Below, piece by piece: positions 8,607 to 16,988 of a stretch of DNA of 64,000 nucleotides. The stretch lies in contig JBKAGE010000075.1 in NCBI GenBank assembly GCA_046290225.1, forward strand, positions 96,001 through 160,000. Direction: 5' to 3'. This DNA comes from Bradymonadia bacterium. Its GTDB lineage: Bacteria; Myxococcota_A; Bradymonadia; UBA7976; UBA1532. The notes beneath the pieces are model-generated. The model searched no databases and had not been told where the DNA came from. It worked only from the letters and a program-made list of their open reading frames with translations. Within the stretch, counting starts at the first letter, position 1. Each line of letters begins with the position of its first letter. The position numbers and the translations under genes were made by a program.

Positions 8607-10112
8607 CTACTGCACATCCACGTCGAAGCGGTCCCCCACGACGCCGCGCACGCGCAGCCAACTCACCCCGGGCTCCAACATCGCCTCGAAGCTGCATTGC
8701 TCCTCTGTGGTGCACGTGGCCAGCCCAACCTGCTCCACCTCTCGATTGCGGATCAGCGTCGCCTGAATCAGGCCGTCTCTTGCGCTCACTGTGAAGGTCA
8801 GCATCGTGGGTGTGTCCACGAACACGGGGATGTCGTGTATCCCTTCTTCGCAGTCCCAGATCACTGCCTCTGTGAGCGTCGACGGGGGCTCCAGTCGAGG
8901 TGTCTCTGCGTTCTCCGGGCAGTTCGGAGAGATCGAACGTGTCACCGCCAGGGTGTATGGCCCCTCGAAGAGCGGCTTCGTCGTCGCCACCACCGTATAG
9001 AGGCCCCCCTCGAGGTTCAGGGCCAGCTCGGGTCCGCTGCCGAAATACATCTCGTCGTCACCGAGCGGCGTCATGGGATCTCCGTCGACGTCGAGCACCG
9101 TAAGCCGGAGCTCTGTCCCGGGCTCGGCGCTCAGGTCGAAGCGGTGAAAGCCTGCTCTGCGGGTGGCAAAGGTGAAGACGTCTGCCCGGGCATCAGGGAA
9201 GCCCTCGTTGAACTGTAGCTCTGACGGATCACAGTCGTTGAGGTCGAAGCTGCCCATGATGGGGGTGTCCACCAGCACGTCACCATCGATGCCGCAGTCG
9301 GTGCGCCTCAGCTCAGCCTGGTACGCGTAAGCGCCGATGCCGCCGGCGAGCATCACCACATAGGGCCCTGGCATCAGGTCGAGCACCAGATCGTCACCCG
9401 CTTCGGCGATCCGTTGTCCGTCGTTGGCGGAGAACACCTGCGCTGTGGCCGCGAAGGCCTCCGAGCGAGTCGTGAGGGCGAGGGTGGAGAACTCCGCGGC
9501 GTCGAAGCGATACAGATCGACCGGGCCGCCGAGGAAGCAGCTCTCCGCCGTCAACATGCCCGATTGGAACTGGTCCGCTTCAGAGAGCACGAGATCGGGG
9601 AAGGGGGCGGCGCAGGGCTGCTCGAGGGCGAACGTGCCGCTCAAGGTGGAGCCTCCGGGGGTGCCCACCTGCAAACGGAACATCCCCGGACGTACACGCT
9701 CGAGCACGTGCACCAGGGCACCATCGTCACCGGCGACGCCCTCAGCGAAGACGTTGTCTCCGTCCAGCGCGAGCACAAAGGGGGTGCCCGGCGGCAGCCC
9801 CTCGCCGCGGATCACCAGGGTGGCCTCGCCGGTGATCAAGAAGTCACGTTGGATGCAGTCACCCATCAACTCGAAGGGGGTCTCGAAGGTGCCTATCTCG
9901 GGGCGCTCACACTCCAAACCCATGTCGGGTGTCAGCATCATGTCGCTCGGTGTCGGATTCATGTCGCTCGGCAGCCGGGCGTCGAGGGGGCCGGCATCTG
10001 CCGGGCCTGTGTCTGCGCTGGGCGCCGTGGCCGAGGTGTTGCTGTCGTCGCCACAGGCTGCGAGCAAGGTGAGCAGACCGCTCAGGGCCAGGGTGGGTCG
10101 CACGTTCGTCAT
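8607..10112 (-). CDS. Lipoprotein with PPC-like (pre-peptidase C-terminal) beta domains
   Basis: Lipobox LLAAC, DMG-type linker, repeated D.Y/F.F...G.Y.V modules; start moved to the second ATG (MTNVRP). Confidence 0.8.
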   Translation of the reverse strand: MTNVRPTLALSGLLTLLAACGDDSNTSATAPSADTGPADAGPLDARLPSDMNPTPSDMMLTPDMGLECERPEIGTFETPFELMGDCIQRDFLITGEATLVIRGEGLPPGTPFVLALDGDNVFAEGVAGDDGALVHVLERVRPGMFRLQVGTPGGSTLSGTFALEQPCAAPFPDLVLSEADQFQSGMLTAESCFLGGPVDLYRFDAAEFSTLALTTRSEAFAATAQVFSANDGQRIAEAGDDLVLDLMPGPYVVMLAGGIGAYAYQAELRRTDCGIDGDVLVDTPIMGSFDLNDCDPSELQFNEGFPDARADVFTFATRRAGFHRFDLSAEPGTELRLTVLDVDGDPMTPLGDDEMYFGSGPELALNLEGGLYTVVATTKPLFEGPYTLAVTRSISPNCPENAETPRLEPPSTLTEAVIWDCEEGIHDIPVFVDTPTMLTFTVSARDGLIQATLIRNREVEQVGLATCTTEEQCSFEAMLEPGVSWLRVRGVVGDRFDVDVQ

Positions 10113-10226
10113 GCCTTTGTCTCCCGAGAAGCGCTCGCACATCGCAGAGCATTGCTGTCGAACTGGTCATACCACCACGGAGCACTCAGTGGCTCACGCT
10201 TCGGCCTGCCGACGCCGATGTAGAAC

Positions 10227-10244
10227 TTGGAACACAATTCGCAT
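10227..10244 (+). promoter_or_regulatory. Putative sigma54 -24/-12 promoter of the fliL operon
   Basis: TTGGAACACAATTCGCAT: GG-N10-GC spacing, about 85 nt upstream of the fliL ATG. Confidence 0.6.
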
Positions 10245-10269
10245 CAGAAGATGTCATCAGAAGATGTCA
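10242..10269. repeat. 13-bp tandem duplication CATCAGAAGATGT x2
   Basis: 10242-10254 and 10255-10267 are identical, followed by a partial CA. Confidence 0.85.
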
Positions 10270-10326
10270 CCAAAAGTCGGCATCGATTCAGGTGTCGAGA
10301 CTGAGCAGGACATCGTTGGAGAGAAC

Positions 10327-10869
10327 ATGGCCGCGGACGAGACAGTAGAGAACGAAGAGGAAGGTGGGGGCAAAGGCGGGGGCAGCAAGCTCCTCATGAT
10401 CATGCTCCTGGTGAATACCCTGGGCCTCGGTGGCCTCGCTGCGTACGTCGTATTGGGTGGGGGCGGTGACGCCAGCGCCGCCGCGGAGACCGGTGACGTC
10501 GCCGAAGAGGCCCTTGAGCCTCCTGAAGAGATGGAGGACATGCCTGCGGCTGCCCCCGGGGCCACAGGCTTCGAGTACACCGATATGAAGGAGCTCGTGA
10601 TCAACCTCAACGAGCCCAGTGGTGATCGGTACCTCAAGACCAAGATCAACCTGCAACTCGACAGCGAAGAGACCAAAGCCGAGATCGACCTGCGCAAGAG
10701 CCAGATCAGATATCAGCTCAACGTGCTGCTCTCGGGCCAGCGCGTCGTCGACGTGCAGGGGCCCGAGAACATGGAGTCTCTGCGCAAGGCCATGGTGCGC
10801 CGGATCAACGCCAGCCTGTCGAAGGGGCGGGTTACGGGCGTTTGGATGGTGGACTGGATCGTTCAGTGA
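10327..10869 (+). CDS. fliL: Flagellar basal body-associated protein FliL
   Basis: N-terminal TM helix; LVINLNEPSGDRYLK, IRYQL, G.ESLRK..VRRIN, WIVQ; GGAGAG RBS before ATG 10327. Confidence 0.92.
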   Translation: MAADETVENEEEGGGKGGGSKLLMIMLLVNTLGLGGLAAYVVLGGGGDASAAAETGDVAEEALEPPEEMEDMPAAAPGATGFEYTDMKELVINLNEPSGDRYLKTKINLQLDSEETKAEIDLRKSQIRYQLNVLLSGQRVVDVQGPENMESLRKAMVRRINASLSKGRVTGVWMVDWIVQ

Positions 10870-10923
10870 CAGGTTCGAGGCTGTCAGTGCCTCTGATTTC
10901 ACCCTACGAAGACGAGAGGGCTC

Positions 10924-12024
10924 ATGTCTGAGCAGCTGCTGTCGCAGAACGAGATCGATGCTCTGCTCTCGGCGGTCAACGACGGCCAGATCGAGGATGA
11001 TCTCGACGGCGGAGATATGGGGGCCATGGGTGGCGGAGGCATGGAAGCCTCTGCCCCGGCCCTCGACGTGGTCAAATACGACCTGCTCAGCCAGGACCGC
11101 ATCATCCGCGGTCGCATGCCCACCCTCGACATCATCAATGATCGCTTCGCCCGCCAGCTGCGGGTGACGCTGTCGAACATGCTGCGCAAGATGATTCAGG
11201 TCTCGGTGGAGTCCACCAGCCTGATGAAGTACGGCGAGTTCCTGAACTACCTGCCCATCCCCAGCTGCCTGAACGTGGTGAAGATGGCCCCGCTGCGAGG
11301 GGCCTGCATCCTCGCCATGGAGGCCAAGCTCGTCTTCGCCTTTTTGAACAACTTCTTCGGAGGCAGCACCAACGCCCAGGAGCGTGTGGAAGGCCGAGAC
11401 TTCACAGCGATCGAGCTGATGGTCATCCGCAAGGTGGTGAAGTTCCTGCTCTCCGATCTCGAGAAGGCATGGAACCCGGTGTTTCCCCTGAAGGGGGAGC
11501 ACATCCGTACCGAGATCAACCCTCAGTTCCTCGCTGTGGTGCCACCCACCGAAGTGGTGGTGCTCACCAGCTACGAGCTCGACCTCGAAGACCTGCGGGG
11601 CACCCTGCAGGTGGTGGTGCCCTACAGCACCGTGGAGCCGATCCGGCACAACTTGTCGAGTGGTGCACAGGGTGAGGCCGAGGAGGAGGACGACTCCTGG
11701 CGGGATCAGATCGAGTACAACCTCGACGAGGTGCCCGTCGATGGCCGCGTGGAGCTCGGCCAGACCCAGATCACCGTGAGCGAGCTGCTCGAACTCGACG
11801 TGGGCCATGTCATCCCTTTGACGCAAGACGTCAACGCACCGTTGACCATGAAGGTGGCGGGACACCGCAAGTTCGAGGTAGAGCCTATGGTGAAGGGTGG
11901 CCACCTCGCGGCCCGGATCGTACGCCCTGTCTTGCCTCGGCCCGATCCAAAGGCCGAGCTAGCCCTGGAACACGACCCCAGCTTGAATGCTGGCACACCC
12001 CCTGCAATTCCACCCCCCCAGTGA
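10924..12024 (+). CDS. fliM: Flagellar motor switch protein FliM
   Basis: LSQNEIDALL CheY-binding motif, RMPTLDIINDRFAR, EGRDFTAIE, EINPQF, C-terminal SpoA domain. Confidence 0.97.
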   Translation: MSEQLLSQNEIDALLSAVNDGQIEDDLDGGDMGAMGGGGMEASAPALDVVKYDLLSQDRIIRGRMPTLDIINDRFARQLRVTLSNMLRKMIQVSVESTSLMKYGEFLNYLPIPSCLNVVKMAPLRGACILAMEAKLVFAFLNNFFGGSTNAQERVEGRDFTAIELMVIRKVVKFLLSDLEKAWNPVFPLKGEHIRTEINPQFLAVVPPTEVVVLTSYELDLEDLRGTLQVVVPYSTVEPIRHNLSSGAQGEAEEEDDSWRDQIEYNLDEVPVDGRVELGQTQITVSELLELDVGHVIPLTQDVNAPLTMKVAGHRKFEVEPMVKGGHLAARIVRPVLPRPDPKAELALEHDPSLNAGTPPAIPPPQ

Positions 12025-12040
12025 AGGAGGGATGCCTCAG

Positions 12041-12319
12041 ATGAGCCAGGAGCAGGTACAAGACATCGACTTTCTCTTCGATGTCGAACTCGAGGTGACG
12101 GTGGTGCTCGGCACCACTCGCATGCTCATCAGCGATCTGCTCAAGCTGGCAAACGGCTCGGTGGTGGAGCTCGACAAGCTCGCCGGCGAGTCTCTCGACA
12201 TTCTCGTGAACGACAAGGTCATCGCCCGAGGCGAGGCCGTCACCGTCAACGAGAAGTTCGGGGTCAGGCTCACTGAGATCATCTCCCCCATGGAGCGTAT
12301 CCGACAGCTCAAGGGCTGA
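12041..12319 (+). CDS. fliN: Flagellar motor switch protein FliN
   Basis: GSVVELDKLAGE, IARGEAVTVNEKFGVRLTEI; RBS AAGGAGG 10 nt before ATG 12041 (alternative start 12032). Confidence 0.96.
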   Translation: MSQEQVQDIDFLFDVELEVTVVLGTTRMLISDLLKLANGSVVELDKLAGESLDILVNDKVIARGEAVTVNEKFGVRLTEIISPMERIRQLKG

Positions 12320-12425
12320 TGCCCGAGCCCGGCGCGCTCGCAACCTGAACAACTGACGAATCGCCGAGGCGCCCCGGAACAGGGGAGCGCTCACCGGCGA
12401 GGTGCGACCTGCGGAGGTGAGGGTG

Positions 12426-14009
12426 ATGTCTGTGCGGCACAATGTGAGCGTAGCCCTGGGGGCGATGATGATGCTGCTCGCCGGTCTGGCGAGCGCCGAA
12501 GGCACCCTGCCCATGATCGACGGCGTCGATCATGTGGTGCACGCCGAGGGACGGACCTTCCGCTTCACGGCGGACCATCCCCTCACCGCAGAAGGGGCCG
12601 AGGCCTTCACCGATGGGGTGGTCCTCGGTCTGCGCTTGACCTCGGCGAAGGTCCGCAAGAGCTGGCCCGAGTTCGAAGACGCCCGCATCAACCGCACCCT
12701 GATGTTCCAGTCTCATCAGAAGGCCGACTCGGTGGTGCTCCGCGTGCGCTTCACCGACATCAAGGGGCTGCCCAAGTCCTTCGCGAAGAAGGTGCGCTTC
12801 GAGGTGCGCAAGGGGGCGGTGCTGGCCCACGTGCCCCCGCTGCCCGGTGAAGATCTCGCCGGCCTGGGGGTCTCGTCTGCCCGTGCCGTAGCCCACGTGA
12901 TGCCCGCCCCGGAGGTGGAGCCCGCGCTGCTGGTGAAAGCCCCTGAGCCCGCTGCGCCGGCGGTGGCGGTGAAAGCCGTCGATCCGGGGCCTGATCCGCT
13001 GCGGACCGAGAGTCGACCCACGATCAAGCCTGCTGTCGCCCCCACCGCTGGGGCCACGTTCCTCGCCCAGATCGACGCCCCGGAGCCGAAGGCGCCTGAG
13101 GCTGCCGACCCCGCACCGGTGGCTGAGGATGTACCTGCGAAGCCTGTGGTCGAGGTGCCCTCTGCGGAGACTCTTGCTGCAGAAGCATTGGAGACGCCCG
13201 CCGCTGCACCTGAGCTGGAGACCGCTGCGCCGGTGCGCCTCGAAGAGGCCCTCATCACCGAGCCGGAGACCCCTGCGAAGCTGCACGCCAACAACATCGG
13301 GGCCCAAGGGGAAGACCTGCCCTTCGACTGGTCCCTCATCGGGGTGCTCGCCTTTGCCCTCTTCGGCCTGTGGGGGGTGAAGAAGCTGCGCCGGCGTCAG
13401 CCCGGAGCCATCGATGGCCGCCTCATCAAGCCGCTGAGCAGCCATCTGCTCGGCCCCCGCCACGGGCTGCTCCTCGTGGACGTCGCCGGGGAGCACGTGT
13501 TGCTGGGCACCAGCGACAAGGGGGTGCAGATGCTCACCAAGATCAACCCCAACACCGACTCGGTGCGGGCCCTCGAGGCTGACTCCATCATGGTGGACCA
13601 CCCCACGCCCAAGGCCATCACTGACAAGCGCTCTGGCAAGGGGACCGCCAGCAAAGCCCGGGCGGCCTTCAGCCAGGTGCTCAACAGCGTCACCGGCCGG
13701 GTGCCCATGCTCGAAGACGACGAAGTGCCTGTGACCGAGCGCCCCGAGCGCCGGCCTCGGGCCACGGCGCCTCAGGTGTCGAAGGTGACCTCCACTGGGG
13801 GCAACACGACCCGCAGCGAGGACGATGCCCTGCTGGCCATGGCCGCCCAGGTTCAAGATGGTCTGACCAGCTCACAGAGCCGCAACACCGTCACCCGGGG
13901 GCCTCACACCCGCCCCATCGATCCCGTGGAGCTCCCCGAGGCCAACGGTGAAGAAGAGGGCGTCGCCGCCGATCTGCTCACCCGTATCCGCCAGTTGCAG
14001 GGCGCCTGA
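12426..14009 (+). CDS. fliO: Extended FliO/FliZ-family export protein
   Basis: Between fliN and fliP; TM helix followed by FliO-like core LGPRHGLLLVDVAGEHVLLGTSDKGVQML; extra N-terminal signal peptide, periplasmic domain and Pro/Ala linker; start uncertain (12402-12426). Confidence 0.8.
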   Translation: MSVRHNVSVALGAMMMLLAGLASAEGTLPMIDGVDHVVHAEGRTFRFTADHPLTAEGAEAFTDGVVLGLRLTSAKVRKSWPEFEDARINRTLMFQSHQKADSVVLRVRFTDIKGLPKSFAKKVRFEVRKGAVLAHVPPLPGEDLAGLGVSSARAVAHVMPAPEVEPALLVKAPEPAAPAVAVKAVDPGPDPLRTESRPTIKPAVAPTAGATFLAQIDAPEPKAPEAADPAPVAEDVPAKPVVEVPSAETLAAEALETPAAAPELETAAPVRLEEALITEPETPAKLHANNIGAQGEDLPFDWSLIGVLAFALFGLWGVKKLRRRQPGAIDGRLIKPLSSHLLGPRHGLLLVDVAGEHVLLGTSDKGVQMLTKINPNTDSVRALEADSIMVDHPTPKAITDKRSGKGTASKARAAFSQVLNSVTGRVPMLEDDEVPVTERPERRPRATAPQVSKVTSTGGNTTRSEDDALLAMAAQVQDGLTSSQSRNTVTRGPHTRPIDPVELPEANGEEEGVAADLLTRIRQLQGA

Positions 14010-14024
14010 GCCTCGGAGCCATCC

Positions 14025-14831
14025 ATGTACGCCCTCTCCCGGCGGCCGGCCATCTGGCTCGGCGCTCTGATTCTGGTCATGGTCGGCGTGAGCTTCGCCT
14101 TCGGGCAGGCCCCGGCGAACCCACCCCTCGAAGCCCCGGCGGGCACCATGAACCCCATGAGCTTCCCCGAGTTCGAACTCAAGATGGGCGGCGGCGAAGG
14201 GGACTGGGTGAGCACCCTGCGCATGTTGGGGCTCATCACCATACTCACCCTCGCCCCGGGCATCCTGCTCACCATGACCTGCTTTACCCGCATCGTCATC
14301 GTGATGAGCTTCATCCGCCAGGCCCTTGGTACTCAGCAGACTCCGCCGAACCAGGTGCTCATGGGGCTCTCGCTCTTCATGACCGTCTTCATCATGAGTC
14401 CGGTGATCTCCAAGGTGCATCAAGACGCCCTGGTGCCGTACATGGCGGAGACCATCTCTCAAGGTGAGGCCCTCGACCGGGCCGTGGCGCCTCTCAAGAG
14501 CTTCATGATGAAGGAGACCCGAGAGAAGGATCTCGCCCTCTTCGTCCAGGCCAGCGGGGCTCAATACCCACAGACCGTCAACGACGTGGGCATGATGCAG
14601 CTCGTGCCCGCCTTCGTGATCAGCGAGCTCAAGACCGCGTTCCAGATGGGCTTCATGATCTTCGTGCCGTTTCTGGTGCTCGACATGGTGGTGGCCTCGG
14701 TGCTCATGGCCATGGGCATGATGATGCTGCCCCCGGTGCTCATCTCGCTGCCCTTCAAGCTCATGCTCTTCGTGCTCGTCGACGGCTGGAATCTGCTCGC
14801 CGGCAGCCTCATCCGCAGCTTCACGGGATAA
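14025..14831 (+). CDS. fliP: Flagellar export gate protein FliP
   Basis: TCFTRIVIV, ALGTQQTPPNQVL, PAFVISELKTAFQ, MGMMMLPP, LPFKLMLFVLVDGW. Confidence 0.98.
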   Translation: MYALSRRPAIWLGALILVMVGVSFAFGQAPANPPLEAPAGTMNPMSFPEFELKMGGGEGDWVSTLRMLGLITILTLAPGILLTMTCFTRIVIVMSFIRQALGTQQTPPNQVLMGLSLFMTVFIMSPVISKVHQDALVPYMAETISQGEALDRAVAPLKSFMMKETREKDLALFVQASGAQYPQTVNDVGMMQLVPAFVISELKTAFQMGFMIFVPFLVLDMVVASVLMAMGMMMLPPVLISLPFKLMLFVLVDGWNLLAGSLIRSFTG

Positions 14832-14834
14832 ACC

Positions 14835-15104
14835 ATGACCATCGACTATGTGGTGGGGTTCTTCTACGAGGCCCTCAAGGTGGCCGCTCAGTTGTCCATG
14901 CCTGCATTGTTGCTGGGCCTCAGCGTGGGCCTGATGGTGTCGATCTTCCAGGCGGTCACCCAGATCAACGAGCAGACCCTGACCTTGATCCCCAAGATCG
15001 TGGCCATCGTCACGGGGTTGATGGTCTTCGGCCACTGGATGCTCCAGCGCCTGATCACCTTTGCCGGCGACGTCATCGGCAACCTGCACACCCTGCCGGG
15101 CTGA
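14835..15104 (+). CDS. fliQ: Flagellar export gate protein FliQ
   Basis: VSIFQAVTQINEQTLTLIPK. Confidence 0.97.
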   Translation: MTIDYVVGFFYEALKVAAQLSMPALLLGLSVGLMVSIFQAVTQINEQTLTLIPKIVAIVTGLMVFGHWMLQRLITFAGDVIGNLHTLPG

Positions 15105-15108
15105 GCTG

Positions 15109-15921
15109 TTGAGCACGCTGGAGGCGATTACCCCCTTTGCCACGGCGTTGGGGCTGGCCACCACCCGCATCGGGGCCTTGATGATGGCCTCGCCGATCTT
15201 TCAGTCCGCCAGCATCCCCAGCAGGCTCAAGGGGGCCCTCACCATGGTGCTGGCCATCCTGGTGGTGCTCAAGTCCGGGCCGCTGTATCCGGTGACCCCC
15301 AGCGGCGTGCTCGTCGATTCGATGGACGGCGCGTTCCTGCTGTCGGCGGTGGCTCGTGAGCTGATGGCTGGCGCCCTCATGGGCCTCGCGGCGACGGTGA
15401 CCTTCTCGGCGATCCAGATGACCGGTGAGACCATGGGTGTGCAGATGGGCTTCTCGGTGGCCAACGTCATCGATCCCACCACGCGCCAGCAGAACGGTCT
15501 CATCACTCAGCTGCTCAACCTCATGGCGGTGCTGATCTTCCTCGCCGTCGATGGTCACCTGTTCCTGCTCAAGGCCTTGTTCGACAGCTTCGACGTGGTG
15601 CCCCTCGCTCAGGTTGCGCCCGATCTCGGCGCCCTCATGGAGATCTTCCTCACCATGGGCACACGGCTGTTCTCGCTGGGTTTGAACATGGCCCTGCCGG
15701 TGATCTGCGTGGTGCTCTTCGTGAATGTGGGCTTGGCCCTCTCGATGCGGGCGGTGCCCCAGATCAACATCTTCGCCGTGGGCTTCATCTTGTCCATCGG
15801 CCTGGGCCTCGTGGTCCTGATGCAAGCCCTGCCCTCTGAAGGCGGGGCCATCGCCCACGTCATCGAAGAGGCCGTGTCATCGGCCGCTCAGGTGGTGCCG
15901 CTCCTCGGAGAGCAGCGGTGA
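15109..15921 (+). CDS. fliR: Flagellar export gate protein FliR
   Basis: Polytopic membrane protein; QMGFSVANVIDP, DGHLFLL, RAVPQINIFAVGF; TTG start inferred. Confidence 0.94.
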   Translation: MSTLEAITPFATALGLATTRIGALMMASPIFQSASIPSRLKGALTMVLAILVVLKSGPLYPVTPSGVLVDSMDGAFLLSAVARELMAGALMGLAATVTFSAIQMTGETMGVQMGFSVANVIDPTTRQQNGLITQLLNLMAVLIFLAVDGHLFLLKALFDSFDVVPLAQVAPDLGALMEIFLTMGTRLFSLGLNMALPVICVVLFVNVGLALSMRAVPQINIFAVGFILSIGLGLVVLMQALPSEGGAIAHVIEEAVSSAAQVVPLLGEQR

Positions 15922-16988
15922 GCGAAGGCGGCGGGGGAGAACGCACAGAAAAGGCGACGCCCAAGCGTCGGGAGGACGCACGAAAAAAAGGTGATGTGGC
16001 CCGATCACGCGATGTGGCCACGGTGCTCATCGTCTTCGCGGGCTTCACCTACCTGACCCTCTTCGGAGGCCGACTGCGAGAAGGGGTCTCGTCGCTGATT
16101 CGAAGGTGTTTTGGCGAGCTCGAGGGCCCATTGAAGTCCTCGGATGCATTCATCGAGTTCACTGGGGAGATCGTGGCCCTCATGGCGGGCTGGCTGGCGC
16201 CGCTCTTCGGCGGGGTGGTTTTGCTGGCGATCCTGGGCAACGTGGCCCAGGTGGGCTGGCTGATCACCTTCGAGCCCCTCAAGCCCGATCTCACCAAGCT
16301 CAACCCGCTGCCGAACCTGAAGAACATTTTCTTCAGCAAGCGCACCCTCGGGAACCTCGTGACCAACGTGGCCAAGGTGACGGTGGTGGCCTCGGTGGTG
16401 GCCCTCACCATCCGCTCCGACGCTGAGAGCATCGCGGTGCTCTCGCAGATGCCCCTCATGGCGGGCATGGAGACGATCTTGTCCACGGTGCTGCAGCTCA
16501 TGCTCAACACGGGCCTGGCCCTCATCGCCATCGCTGGGGCTGACTTCGCGTGGAACAAGTACCTCTACGAAGAGAAGCTCAAGATGAGCAAACACGACGT
16601 GAAGGAGGAGGCGAAGGAGCAGGAAGGCAACCCGCTCATGAAGGGCGCCCGCATGCGCCGGGCCCGGGAGCTTTCCAACAACCGCATGATGCAGGCGGTG
16701 CCCGAGGCCGACGTCGTGCTCAACAACCCCACCCACCTGTCAATCGCCCTGCGCTACCGCCAAGGGGTTGACGCTGCACCGGTGGTGGTGGCGAAGGGGG
16801 CCGACCTCGTGGCGATGCGGATTCGCCGCATTGCCGCAGCGAACGACGTGCCCATGCTCGAGGACAAACCCCTGGCACGGTTGTTGTTTAAGAGATGTGA
16901 GGTCGGTCAGGCGGTGCCCGAAGAGGTGTACCGGGCTGTGGCCGAAGTTCTCGCGTACGTGTACCAGCTGAAAGGCAAGACCGGCTGA
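15918..16988 (+). CDS. flhB: Flagellar export switch protein FlhB
   Basis: RTEKATPKR, EGNP, intact NPTH autocleavage motif, VAKGAD, AVAEVLAYVY. Confidence 0.98.
   Translation: MSEGGGGERTEKATPKRREDARKKGDVARSRDVATVLIVFAGFTYLTLFGGRLREGVSSLIRRCFGELEGPLKSSDAFIEFTGEIVALMAGWLAPLFGGVVLLAILGNVAQVGWLITFEPLKPDLTKLNPLPNLKNIFFSKRTLGNLVTNVAKVTVVASVVALTIRSDAESIAVLSQMPLMAGMETILSTVLQLMLNTGLALIAIAGADFAWNKYLYEEKLKMSKHDVKEEAKEQEGNPLMKGARMRRARELSNNRMMQAVPEADVVLNNPTHLSIALRYRQGVDAAPVVVAKGADLVAMRIRRIAAANDVPMLEDKPLARLLFKRCEVGQAVPEEVYRAVAEVLAYVYQLKGKTG

Noticed and set aside
9424..10326. 300-aa N-terminal extension of the fliL ORF
   Set aside because: It is antisense to the lipoprotein gene; the RBS, promoter and FliL homology all point to ATG 10327
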